DNA from: a virus
Taxonomy: Duplodnaviria; Heunggongvirae; Uroviricota; Caudoviricetes
DNA: 64,000 nucleotides
Direction: 5' to 3' (one strand)
Virus record (IMG/VR): IMGVR_UViG_3300029621_000179
Shown here: positions 37,251 to 46,615 of the stretch, piece after piece
Numbering within the stretch: position 1 is the stretch's first letter
Layout: each line of letters begins with the position of its first letter
Position numbers and translations under genes: made by a program
Notes under the pieces: generated by a model
Databases searched by the model: none
The model's input: only the letters and a program-made list of their open reading frames with translations
What the model was told of the DNA's origin: nothing

Positions 37251-37865
37251 ATGTCGAAGCAAAACAATAAGGTCAAATTTGGCCTGAAAAACTGCCACTA
37301 TGCAAAGGCGACCTTTGACGAAGATGGCAGTGTCACTTATGCAAAGCCGGTCCGCATCCCCGGTGCAGTCAGTCTTTCTATGGATGCCAATGGCGAGATC
37401 GAGCCGTTTTATGCGGACAATATCGCCTACTATGTCGTGAATAACAACTCCGGCTACGAGGGTGATCTGGAGATCGCGCTGATCCCGGAGAGCTTCCTCA
37501 CGGACATCATGCACGAGGAGCTGGATGGCAACGGTGTGCTTGCGGAAAACGCCAATGTGGAACTGGAGCATTTCGCATTCCTGTTCGAGTTTGATGGCGA
37601 CCAGCGCCACATCCGTCATGTGCTGTACAACTGTGTGGCAAGTCGTCCGTCCATCGAGGGTGAGACCAATGAGGACAGCAAGGAAGTCAAGACGGACACC
37701 CTGAACTTGCAGGCAACCCCTCTGGCAAACGGTTATGTCAAGGCAAAGACCGGCACCAACACCACCGATGATGTCTATAACAAATGGTACGATGCGGTCT
37801 ACGAGCCGCAGGCAGAAGCTGTGGACACCGAAGACACCAGTCACACTGAGGAGCCGCAGGGTTAA
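37251..37865 (+). CDS. major tail protein
   Basis: 204 aa; RBS AGGAGGAATAACC; phi13/TP901-1-like major tail sequence; it lies upstream of the chaperone genes. Confidence 0.7.
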   Translation: MSKQNNKVKFGLKNCHYAKATFDEDGSVTYAKPVRIPGAVSLSMDANGEIEPFYADNIAYYVVNNNSGYEGDLEIALIPESFLTDIMHEELDGNGVLAENANVELEHFAFLFEFDGDQRHIRHVLYNCVASRPSIEGETNEDSKEVKTDTLNLQATPLANGYVKAKTGTNTTDDVYNKWYDAVYEPQAEAVDTEDTSHTEEPQG

Positions 37866-37881
37866 GTGACCGACACACACC

Positions 37882-37899
37882 GCAGGGCTTCGGCTCTGC
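37882..37899 (+). repeat. hairpin GCAGGGC-TTCG-GCTCTGC (copy 1), duplicated at 38771
   Basis: An identical 18 bp stem-loop flanks both ends of the SPFH gene. Confidence 0.6.
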
Positions 37900-37927
37900 T
37901 TACATTATTATAAAGAGGTATACGATT

Positions 37928-38755
37928 ATGAAGAAAATTTTTCCTTTGTTCGCAGCAATCATCATTCTGGTACTGGCTGTCTGCTCGTTCCACATCATCC
38001 CCACCGGCTACACCGGCGTGAAGACCAGTTTCGGTCAGATCCAGGAGACCACCATCCAGAGCGGCAAGCTCAACTTCTGCATTCCTTTTGTGCAGAGCAT
38101 CCACAAGGTCAACAACAAGCAGCAGGATAAGCATATCGAAGCACAGGTCTGGGGCGAAGCCTCTGACAAGACCCCTGTGTATGCTGCTGATGTCATCGTG
38201 ACCTATCAGGTGCTTCCTGAGAAGAGTGCATGGCTGTATGCGAATGTGTCCGACATCAAGAATCTGGTCGGTGACGAGCTGGTGGCATCGGCAATCAAGT
38301 CTGCAATGGCTGAACTTGGCCCCAATGAGGTAACCAACCGCACCAAGATCGAGCCTCTGGCACAGCAGAAGCTGGCAGAGTCCCTTGTGCAGAAATATGG
38401 TGAGGACGTTGTGTTCGTAAACAAGGTCGTCATCAACGACATGAATTTCGAGGATGCCTATAACGAAGCCATCCAACAGAAGTCCATTGCACAGCAGAAC
38501 GCGGATAAGCAGAAGATTGAGAATGAAGCTGCCATTGCCAAGGCAGAAGCGGATAAGCAGGTGGCAATCACCAATGCAGAGGCGGAAGCTCAGAAGACTT
38601 CTATTGCTGCAGACGCACAGGCAGAGGCAAACCGCAAACTGGCAGAAAGCCTGTCCGATACGCTGATCGATTACCAGAAGGTTCAGAAATGGGATGGAAA
38701 GCTGCCTACTGTGAGCGGCGGTAATGCACTGGTCAGCATTGACCCGGCAGAGTAA
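37928..38755 (+). CDS. SPFH/Band-7 (prohibitin/HflKC-like) domain membrane protein
   Basis: N-terminal TM helix, then IIPTGYTGVKTSFGQI, then an Ala/Gln/Glu-rich coiled coil (AEADKQVAITNAEAEAQK) typical of SPFH proteins. Confidence 0.7.
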   Translation: MKKIFPLFAAIIILVLAVCSFHIIPTGYTGVKTSFGQIQETTIQSGKLNFCIPFVQSIHKVNNKQQDKHIEAQVWGEASDKTPVYAADVIVTYQVLPEKSAWLYANVSDIKNLVGDELVASAIKSAMAELGPNEVTNRTKIEPLAQQKLAESLVQKYGEDVVFVNKVVINDMNFEDAYNEAIQQKSIAQQNADKQKIENEAAIAKAEADKQVAITNAEAEAQKTSIAADAQAEANRKLAESLSDTLIDYQKVQKWDGKLPTVSGGNALVSIDPAE

Positions 38756-38770
38756 GAAACACGATATACG

Positions 38771-38788
38771 GCAGGGCTTCGGCTCTGC
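38771..38788 (+). repeat. hairpin GCAGGGC-TTCG-GCTCTGC (copy 2)
   Basis: Identical to the copy at 37882; followed by CAATTTTACAT. Confidence 0.6.
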
Positions 38789-38822
38789 CAATTTTACATG
38801 AAATTTATGGAGGATTACGATT

Positions 38823-39203
38823 ATGGCAGTTACAAAGAAAATCGAGATCGATGGCAAGGAAGTCACCTTTAAGGCAAGTGCCGCTGTGCCTCGCCTGTAC
38901 CGCATCAAGTTCGGCCGTGATATCTACAAAGACCTGCGTCAGCTGGAAAAGAGCGTGGGAGAGAATGATGAGGACAATTCCAACCTCGACCTGTTCAGTC
39001 TGGAGATGTTCGAGGACCTGGCATGGCTGATGGCTCGTCATGCGGACCCGGCAAAGGTGCCGGACAGCCCGGAGGAGTTTCTGGACCAGTTCAACACCTT
39101 CTCCATCTACCAGATCCTGCCCCAGCTGATCGAACTGTGGGGTCTGAACGTGCAGACCGAGGTGGAATCCAGAAAAAACCTTGCAAAAGTGAGCGGGAAA
39201 TGA
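38823..39203 (+). CDS. tail assembly chaperone (gpG-like)
   Basis: 126 aa directly upstream of the tape measure region; slippery A_AAA_AAC near its 3' end. Confidence 0.6.
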   Translation: MAVTKKIEIDGKEVTFKASAAVPRLYRIKFGRDIYKDLRQLEKSVGENDEDNSNLDLFSLEMFEDLAWLMARHADPAKVPDSPEEFLDQFNTFSIYQILPQLIELWGLNVQTEVESRKNLAKVSGK

Positions 39204-39364
39204 CCACCCCGCTCTTTCTGCTGCGCTGTGTACAGCTCGGTATCAGCATCGCCGACCTCGACCTGCTGACCATCGGGTTGGTCAATGATATGTTCACGGA
39301 GCGGCAGAATGACGACTATCCGTACAAAGAGCTGGCATCGCAGGAGGACTTTGACCGGTTCTAA
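38823..39364 (+). CDS. tail assembly chaperone G-T fusion via programmed -1 frameshift at 39173-39179
   Basis: A_AAA_AAC heptamer in frame 0; the -1 frame stays open to 39364 (EREMTTPLFLL...). Confidence 0.5.
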
Positions 39365-39415
39365 GACAAAAACAGACGAACGTGCTTATATCGCAAATGA
39401 AATAAGCACGTTCGT
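39362..39415 (-). terminator. intrinsic terminator (14 bp perfect stem) for minus-strand Abi transcript
   Basis: ACGAACGTGCTTAT...ATAAGCACGTTCGT with a U-run on the minus strand (CUGUUUUUGUCUUA). Confidence 0.55.
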
Positions 39416-39426
39416 CGAGTGAGCGT

Positions 39427-39464
39427 AAAGAAAAATCCCGCTCAGCCGTTGATGACTGGGCGGG
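39427..39464 (-). terminator. intrinsic terminator immediately 3' of Abi gene (minus strand)
   Basis: CCCGC...GCGGG stem followed on the minus strand by AUUUUUCUUU. Confidence 0.5.
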
Positions 39465-39471
39465 AAAGTCT

Positions 39472-40419
39472 TTATCGTTTGTATTGAGTCAGTTTCATCC
39501 AATTACTTGGAAAGCCAAGCTTATCATACAGTTGCTGCTGCGTGAGTCGGGAGCTTTCTTTTTGATATGTGCGAATGAGGCTAACAAGGCTTTTTTTGAA
39601 TTTCTTAAAGCTATCGTCAGAGAGAAGATAGCGGAAGGCTATAACTAAAGCGAAATAATCTCGTTTTCCCTGAGTGTACTGTGTTCCAGTTTTGGGAATA
39701 TTGAGTTTGCGATGAAGATTGGTGTCCGGAATATCACGGCGAGAAGAGAAACAATAGAGACACTCATTGTGTGCGCATACGTTTCTGTAAAAGGTTAAAC
39801 ATCTTAAGAACTGTTCCAGTTCCTTTTCGTTTACATGAGGATATTCTTGGGCAACGGCACTTTGCAGGGAGAAGGGCAAAAGCGAATACATTTTAGATAT
39901 TTGCCCAAAAGTCAATGCATTCACAGCAACCCAAAGCGGAACATTTTGATGTGCATTTCGCTGATGGACGAGATACGAATGATCTGTATCTCGATTGGCT
40001 ATTTTACTGAGAATATTCGTTAACACTGCGATATTGCGAGCATATTTCGGCTCAGAACGGTAGCTTGCAGTTGATATGTAGTGAGTTTGACTATCCCCGT
40101 GATGCTGACAAAAACAATAGGAAATAACCTGACGAATTTTCATTTCTACTTCGCACAGGTATTTAAAAGTAAGTTCTCGGAGTTCTCTGTCAAACTTATA
40201 GAGAGCATAGATATCCTCAAAAGTAGTATTAATGTATTTCCGAGTCATGGGGTTCTTAAATGGATATTTATAACCACCAATAAGGGAAAAATAGCCGATG
40301 TTAATTAAAGATTCCTTGGTGATGTTTTCATCAGAAATAATGAGTCCCTTTTGATTCTTAAGAATATCTATTTGCTGATCGTATGTTCTAAAGCGATCAT
40401 TCTGTAATTGATTAGGCAT
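39472..40419 (-). CDS. abortive-infection protein, Abi_2 (AbiD/AbiF-like) family
   Basis: RBS AAAGGAG; N-terminus MPNQLQNDRFRTYDQQIDILKNQKGLII and overall ~315 aa match AbiD/AbiF-like proteins; antisense to the tail operon. Confidence 0.7.
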   Translation of the reverse strand: MPNQLQNDRFRTYDQQIDILKNQKGLIISDENITKESLINIGYFSLIGGYKYPFKNPMTRKYINTTFEDIYALYKFDRELRELTFKYLCEVEMKIRQVISYCFCQHHGDSQTHYISTASYRSEPKYARNIAVLTNILSKIANRDTDHSYLVHQRNAHQNVPLWVAVNALTFGQISKMYSLLPFSLQSAVAQEYPHVNEKELEQFLRCLTFYRNVCAHNECLYCFSSRRDIPDTNLHRKLNIPKTGTQYTQGKRDYFALVIAFRYLLSDDSFKKFKKSLVSLIRTYQKESSRLTQQQLYDKLGFPSNWMKLTQYKR

Positions 40420-40449
40420 CTCCTTTGCCTCACATTCGGTAAACTCGTG

Positions 40450-40483
40450 ATAAAAAGAAAAGAGGAGGGCCAACAGGTCCTCC
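40450..40483 (-). terminator. terminator-like hairpin inside the Abi 5' leader (candidate attenuator)
   Basis: On the minus strand, GGAGGACC-uguu-GGCCCUCC followed by UCUUUUCUUUUUAUC; it lies between the promoter and the RBS. Confidence 0.45.
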
Positions 40484-40531
40484 CCCCGGTCTCAGTCCTC
40501 GCGAGTATCTGAAACCTGATCACTGAAGCAT

Positions 40532-40560
40532 AGTATAGCAGTTTGCATCTAAAAAGTCAA
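40532..40560 (-). promoter_or_regulatory. sigma70-like promoter on minus strand (TTGACT-17-TATACT) driving the Abi gene
   Basis: Read as the reverse complement of AGTCAA...AGTATA on the plus strand; near-consensus hexamers with a 17 nt spacer. Confidence 0.55.
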
Positions 40561-40697
40561 GACTTTGAAGAGAAAAACCGCAACGTTGCTTCGTGATTAT
40601 TATATGCTGAACAATTTGAATTGATACACAGTATTTGCCTGTCTGTTTTACGCAGATGGGCTTTTCTTATGCCCAAAACGAGGAGGTGGTCATCCGC

Positions 40698-43600
40698 ATG
40701 GCATCCAGAATCCAGGGCATCACCGTTGAGATCGGCGGCGATACCACAAAGCTCTCCAAAGCACTGGAAGGTGTAAACAAGTCAATCAAGGGGACGCAGT
40801 CCGGACTGAAGGATGTCAACAAACTCCTGAAACTGGACCCCTCCAATACAGAACTGGTCGTCCAGAAGCAGAAGATGCTGAAGGATGCCATTGAAGCTAC
40901 CAAGGAAAAGCTGGCAACTCTGAAGACTGCCGCACAGCAGGCCAATGAGCAGCTTGCCAACGGTGAGATCACCCAGCAGCAGTACGATGCCCTCCAGCGT
41001 GAGATTGTGGAGACCGAACAGAATCTGCGATCCTTACAGGACCAGGCGGCTACTACCAATGCGACTCTTGCCAAAATCGATGAAGCCGGAGAAAAGCTCC
41101 AGAACATCGGATCTTCTGTGGAGAATGTCGGTAAGAAGTTCCTGCCGGTGACTGCCGCTGTAACGGGTCTTGGTACGGCAGCAGTAAAAACCGCAGCCGA
41201 TTTCGATTCCGAGATGAGTAAGGTTTCTGCCATTTCCGGTGCAACAGGGGATGATTTTGACCAGCTCCGTGCGAAAGCCCGTGAGATGGGTGCGAAGACC
41301 AAGTTCTCTGCATCTGAGGCAGCTTCGGCGATGGAATACATGGCCATGGCCGGTTGGAAAACCGGGGACATGCTGAACGGCATCGAGGGCATCATGAACC
41401 TTGCGGCCGCTTCGGGCGAAGACCTCGCCACGACTTCGGATATCGTCACGGATGCCCTCACAGCTTTCGGTTTGTCTGCGGCGGATTCCGGGCATTTTGC
41501 AGATATCCTTGCAGCCGCTTCATCCAATGCGAATACCAACGTCAGCTTGATGGGCGAGACGTTCAAGTACTGTGCACCTATCGCCGGTGCGCTTGGGTTC
41601 TCGGCAGAGGATACCGCAGAAGCCATCGGTCTGATGGCAAACAGTGGTATCAAGGCTTCACAGGCGGGTACTTCCCTTCGTACCATCATGAACAACCTTT
41701 CCGGTGAAGTGACCTTTGTCGGTAAAAACATCGGTGAAGTTACGATTGCCACCAGCAATGCAGATGGCAGCATGAGGAGCCTGAATGATATCCTCGCAGA
41801 CTGCCGTGTAGCATTCTCTGGCTTGACCGAATCTGAAAAAGCATCCAATGCAGAGGCACTGGTCGGCAAGAATGCGATGTCTGGTTTCCTTGCCCTGATG
41901 AATTCCAGCGAGACGGACATCAACAAACTGCGTGGTGCCATTGAAAACTGTGACGGCGCATCCGAGAGCATGGCAGAAACCATGCAGGACAACTTAAATG
42001 GTCAGCTCACCATCCTGAAATCTCAGCTGGAGGAGCTGGCTATTTCTTTTGGCGATATCCTGATGCCCACCATCCGCAAGATCGTATCTGCCGTGCAACA
42101 GTTCGTGGACAAGCTCAACAGCATGGATGAGAGCACCAGGGAAACGATCATTAAGATCGGGCTACTGGCAGCATCCATTGGTCCGCTGCTCATTGTGCTG
42201 GGCAAGACCATATCGACCGTCGGCACAGCAATGCGGGGGTTCAGTTCTCTTGCAAAGGGTGTCCGGCTTCTCATCACCCATGTGGGCAGTGCCAGTGGTG
42301 TGTTCAGCAAGCTGGGTGTGGTTCTGGGTGGTCTGTCCGGCCCGGTTGTAGCAGTAGTGGCGGTCATCGGTACACTGGTGGCGGCCTTCATGAACCTCTG
42401 GAACACCAACGAGGAGTTTCGTACTGCCATTACCGGCATCTGGAACGACATTGTTTCCAAAGTGAAAGGCTTCTGCGACCAGCTGACACAGCGGATCAAC
42501 GGACTGGGCTTTGACTTTAAGGATGTCACAGAGGTACTGAAGGCAGTATGGGATGGTTTCTGTCAGGTGCTTGCACCGCTGTTTGAGGGAGCGTTCCAGA
42601 ATATTGCCACCATCCTAGGCGTCGTTCTGGATACCTTACTGGGTCTTTTCGATGTCTTTTCCAATGTGTTCTCCGGCAACTGGAGTGGCGCATGGGAAGC
42701 GGTGAAGGGTATCTTCTCCAGTATCTGGGATGGCGTGAAGTCCATTTTCTCCACGACCCTTACTGCTCTGAAGAGTGCGCTGGATGTGTTCCTTGGGCTG
42801 TTCGGTACGGACTGGCAGACGGTCTGGGGCAGTATCAAGAGCTTCTTCGAGACTGTGTGGAGTGGAATCAGCAGCTTCTTTTCAAACACAGTTTCCGCTA
42901 TCCAAAGTGTAGCAACGACTGTATTTACAGCAGTGTCTGGATTTTTCACCACCGTCCTTACGAGTATCCAGACGACCTTCAGCACCATCTGGACTGCCAT
43001 TTCCACAGCAGTTTCTTCTGTGATGAATACGATCCATGCCACGGTGACAACTGTGTGGACGGCAATCTCGACCGCGATCTCTACGGTCATGAACACCATC
43101 AGCACGACCATCACTTCGGTGTGGAATGGCATTTACAACACCATCAATCCTCTGCTGGATGCGTTCAAATATCTGTTTGAGACCATCTGGCAGGCGATCC
43201 AGATCCTAATCGGCGCAGCACTGACCGCAATTCAGACGAAGATCACTTCCATCTGGAACGCCATCGTTGCCTTCGTGACTCCGATGCTGACTGGATTGCA
43301 GACGACTTTCTCTACAGTTTGGTCAGCGATTCAGACAGCTATCTCCACGGTGCTGACTGCGATCCAGACTGCAGTGACGACGGTGTGGAACGCCATTGTG
43401 TCGTTTCTGTTTCCGCTGCTGACTGGCATCCAGACCCGGATGAGTACGGCATGGAATGCAATCAAAACGGTCATCTCGACTGTCCTTTCTGCGATTCAGT
43501 CCACGGTTTCTTCCATCTGGAATGCCATTAGCAGCAAGATCTCCGGTGTGGTAAATGGCATCAAATCGGTAGTTTCTTCCGGCTGGAATGCCATGAAATC

Positions 43601-46600
43601 CACGGTATCGTCCCTCAGTAACAGCATTAAGAGTGCGGCGGCCACAGCTTTTAACTCGATGAAATCCGGGATTTCCTCTACGATTTCCGGTATTAAGACC
43701 ACCATCACGAACGGTTTTAACAGTGCAGTTTCCTTTATCAAGGGTCTGGCTGGACAGGCGTTCTCGTGGGGCTCTGACATGATCGGCAACATTGTGTCCG
43801 GTATCCAGTCGAGGATTCAGGATGTGGCAAGTGCTGTATCGGGAGTGGCAGACCGTATCCGTTCCTTCCTGCACTTCTCTGTGCCGGATGAAGGACCTCT
43901 GGCAGATATGGAAAGCTGGATGCCGGACTTCATGCAGGGTCTGGCAAACGGTATCACGACCAACACCAGCCTTGTGACTGCGGCGGCGGAGAACCTGTCC
44001 ACCACGCTGTCTACCTCCATCACCAACTCCATGAGGGGTGTGGAGCAGGCATACAGTAAGAGCTGGGCAGCCATCAGCCAGACGGTGAAAACCGGAACGG
44101 CAGGTGTAAGTGCTGCGATGAGATCCGCATGGAGTTCCATTACGACCAGTACCGCCAGCACATGGAATACCATCAAGTCCAGTATCCAGAACAGCTTCTC
44201 GGCGGTGAAATCCAATGTGACCTCTGCGACAGCAGCAGTGAAAACGTCCATGACCAGTGCATGGAATGCGGTGAAGTCGCTGACAACGACCAGCTGGAAC
44301 GGAATTAAAACGGTCATTACCACAGCGTGGAACGGGATTAAATCCCTTACCACCTCTGCGACCGCTTCTGTAAAAACGTCCATGACCAGCGCATGGAATG
44401 CGGTGAAAAACCTGACGAATACCAGCTGGAATGGTATCAAAACAGTCATCACGACTGCATGGAACAGCATCAAGAGTCTTACAACTTCCTCTGTATCCGC
44501 AGTTCGCAGTACGGTCACAAGCGGCTGGAACACACTGAAATCTACCACGACCTCTGCCTTCAACAGCATCAAGTCCACGGTGTCTTCGGCAATGTCCAGC
44601 CTGCGCAGCACGGTTTCTTCTGGTGTTGCAAGTATCAGGAGCAGTTTTAACTCGCTCGGTTCGATTGCTTCTTCGGCATACCGCTGGGGTGCAGATATCT
44701 GTTCCCAGATGGCGTCAGGTGTCCGGGCAGCAGCCGGTTCCGTGATCGCAGCGGCAGAAAATGTCGCAAGCAGAGTCAGAAGCCTGCTGCATTTCTCTGT
44801 ACCAGATGAAGGACCTCTGTCTGATGCAGATACCTATATGCCCGACTTCATGAAGCTGCTGGCGACCGGCATTAAGAAAAATGTCAAGTCGGTGGTGAAA
44901 GCCGTGCAGGGACTTGCCGGGTCTATGAGCAACAACCTCACGACCCCGGTAGATTCTCTGGGCGACTGGATGGATTCCGTGGTCGGCAGTTTTGCTACTA
45001 CGATCAAGAAAAGTCAGAGCGGTATCGGTAGTGCTGCAAGGGATGTGGGCAGCGGTATCCAATTACAGTTGATGTCCGGGCTTTCCGGTCTGAAAACACA
45101 GTTCCAGCAGATCTGGACTGACCTGCAGGGTATCACCAAAACCGCAGTCGGCGGCATGAGCGATGAAGTGAAGCAGGGCTTTGCGGATATGAAGGATTCC
45201 GTTGGAGAGCTGAGTTCTCAGACCAGTTCTCTTGGAAATGCGATCCGCAGTCTTGGCGACACCTTCAACTCGGATTTCCTAAAGAGCCTGGGCAACGGCA
45301 TCAGCAAGGTCGGTGACACGGTCAATACGGTCACGGGTCTAGTGGACAAGCTCGGCTCCATGAAGAACACCATCGGAAATCTCGGAAATACGATGCAGAA
45401 CCTTGGCAATGTCCTCGGTACAGAGAACGGCGGTGGTCTGTTGTCCAACATCGGAGATTTCTTGTCGAAGATCGGCAGTGCAGATGGAGGTCAGATCGTG
45501 TCGAAGTTTGGCAATCTGATCTCTGGGCTGACCTCCAAAATGGGCGGTCTGGGAGAGGGAATCTCCGGCATCATCTCGAAGCTGGGAAGCCTTGGCTCCA
45601 GCGGTGGGGGAATCCTGTCGAATCTGGGTGGGCTGCTTTCCGGTGTAGTGTCGAAGATCGGCGGCTTAGGCGGCAGTCTTTCCGGTATCGTATCATCTAT
45701 CGGTTCTTCGCTGGGCGGTATTGCCGGGACAGTCGGCACAACGCTTTCCGGTCTGCTCGGATCTGTGGGTACGACTGTATCCGGTCTGGCCGCTGGCGCG
45801 GGTACAGCCCTTGCAGGCGTAGCAAGCTCCGCAGGTGGGTTCCTCGCATCCGCAGGCACAGCACTTGCCGGCTTGGCGGGTCCTGCAGGTATCGCAGTGG
45901 CAGCCGTTGGCGGCATCGGTCTTGGACTGACGAGCCTCTGGAAAAACTGCGATGGCTTCCGGGAAGGTGTCACAAATATCTGGAACAAGGTTACGTCGGT
46001 ATTCTCGAATGGAGTAAACGCCATCAAGAACGGTATTTCTAATGCGGCTTCTGCTATTGGCAATGTGGCATCGTCCATCTGGGGCGGTATCAAGAACGTG
46101 GCTTCTTCGGCAGTCAGCTGGGGCAAGGACATCGTTGGCGGTATCGCGGGCGGTATCAAGAAAGGCGTGAGCTGGGTCGGCAATGCGGTCAAGAGTGTGG
46201 CAAATGGCATCCGCTCGTTCTTGCACTTCTCTGTGCCGGATGAAGGACCGCTGGCAGATGCCGATACCTATATGCCCGACTTCATGAAGCTGCTTTCCGG
46301 CGGCATCAAGAAAGGCGAAGGCGGACTGATCAGCCAGATCAGGTCGATGGCAGCAAAGGTACAGCAGGGTATGGAGGGCATCAGCTCCTTCAGTCTGCCG
46401 GAACTGACCTTGCCACATTTCGATGGCTCCGGTTGGAACTTCCCGCAGGCGGCTCTGGCCGGAGGTGGCACCACCCGGACGACCAACCTTGGCGGTGTGT
46501 ATATCACAGTCAACGGTTATAATGCCCGGAACGACGATGAACTCGCACAGACCGTTGCCGATAAGATCAACGGCATGATCCATGAGGATGATTCGGTCTT

Positions 46601-46607
46601 CAAGTAA
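40698..46607 (+). CDS. tail tape measure protein (~1970 aa) with three internal repeats of a ~300 aa module
   Basis: RBS GGAGGTGG; N-terminal coiled coil and TM-rich middle; the triplicated motif SFLHFSVPDEGPL(A/S)D...MPDFM; its position is between G-T and Dit. Confidence 0.85.
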   Translation: MASRIQGITVEIGGDTTKLSKALEGVNKSIKGTQSGLKDVNKLLKLDPSNTELVVQKQKMLKDAIEATKEKLATLKTAAQQANEQLANGEITQQQYDALQREIVETEQNLRSLQDQAATTNATLAKIDEAGEKLQNIGSSVENVGKKFLPVTAAVTGLGTAAVKTAADFDSEMSKVSAISGATGDDFDQLRAKAREMGAKTKFSASEAASAMEYMAMAGWKTGDMLNGIEGIMNLAAASGEDLATTSDIVTDALTAFGLSAADSGHFADILAAASSNANTNVSLMGETFKYCAPIAGALGFSAEDTAEAIGLMANSGIKASQAGTSLRTIMNNLSGEVTFVGKNIGEVTIATSNADGSMRSLNDILADCRVAFSGLTESEKASNAEALVGKNAMSGFLALMNSSETDINKLRGAIENCDGASESMAETMQDNLNGQLTILKSQLEELAISFGDILMPTIRKIVSAVQQFVDKLNSMDESTRETIIKIGLLAASIGPLLIVLGKTISTVGTAMRGFSSLAKGVRLLITHVGSASGVFSKLGVVLGGLSGPVVAVVAVIGTLVAAFMNLWNTNEEFRTAITGIWNDIVSKVKGFCDQLTQRINGLGFDFKDVTEVLKAVWDGFCQVLAPLFEGAFQNIATILGVVLDTLLGLFDVFSNVFSGNWSGAWEAVKGIFSSIWDGVKSIFSTTLTALKSALDVFLGLFGTDWQTVWGSIKSFFETVWSGISSFFSNTVSAIQSVATTVFTAVSGFFTTVLTSIQTTFSTIWTAISTAVSSVMNTIHATVTTVWTAISTAISTVMNTISTTITSVWNGIYNTINPLLDAFKYLFETIWQAIQILIGAALTAIQTKITSIWNAIVAFVTPMLTGLQTTFSTVWSAIQTAISTVLTAIQTAVTTVWNAIVSFLFPLLTGIQTRMSTAWNAIKTVISTVLSAIQSTVSSIWNAISSKISGVVNGIKSVVSSGWNAMKSTVSSLSNSIKSAAATAFNSMKSGISSTISGIKTTITNGFNSAVSFIKGLAGQAFSWGSDMIGNIVSGIQSRIQDVASAVSGVADRIRSFLHFSVPDEGPLADMESWMPDFMQGLANGITTNTSLVTAAAENLSTTLSTSITNSMRGVEQAYSKSWAAISQTVKTGTAGVSAAMRSAWSSITTSTASTWNTIKSSIQNSFSAVKSNVTSATAAVKTSMTSAWNAVKSLTTTSWNGIKTVITTAWNGIKSLTTSATASVKTSMTSAWNAVKNLTNTSWNGIKTVITTAWNSIKSLTTSSVSAVRSTVTSGWNTLKSTTTSAFNSIKSTVSSAMSSLRSTVSSGVASIRSSFNSLGSIASSAYRWGADICSQMASGVRAAAGSVIAAAENVASRVRSLLHFSVPDEGPLSDADTYMPDFMKLLATGIKKNVKSVVKAVQGLAGSMSNNLTTPVDSLGDWMDSVVGSFATTIKKSQSGIGSAARDVGSGIQLQLMSGLSGLKTQFQQIWTDLQGITKTAVGGMSDEVKQGFADMKDSVGELSSQTSSLGNAIRSLGDTFNSDFLKSLGNGISKVGDTVNTVTGLVDKLGSMKNTIGNLGNTMQNLGNVLGTENGGGLLSNIGDFLSKIGSADGGQIVSKFGNLISGLTSKMGGLGEGISGIISKLGSLGSSGGGILSNLGGLLSGVVSKIGGLGGSLSGIVSSIGSSLGGIAGTVGTTLSGLLGSVGTTVSGLAAGAGTALAGVASSAGGFLASAGTALAGLAGPAGIAVAAVGGIGLGLTSLWKNCDGFREGVTNIWNKVTSVFSNGVNAIKNGISNAASAIGNVASSIWGGIKNVASSAVSWGKDIVGGIAGGIKKGVSWVGNAVKSVANGIRSFLHFSVPDEGPLADADTYMPDFMKLLSGGIKKGEGGLISQIRSMAAKVQQGMEGISSFSLPELTLPHFDGSGWNFPQAALAGGGTTRTTNLGGVYITVNGYNARNDDELAQTVADKINGMIHEDDSVFK

Positions 46608-46615
46608 AGGAGGAG

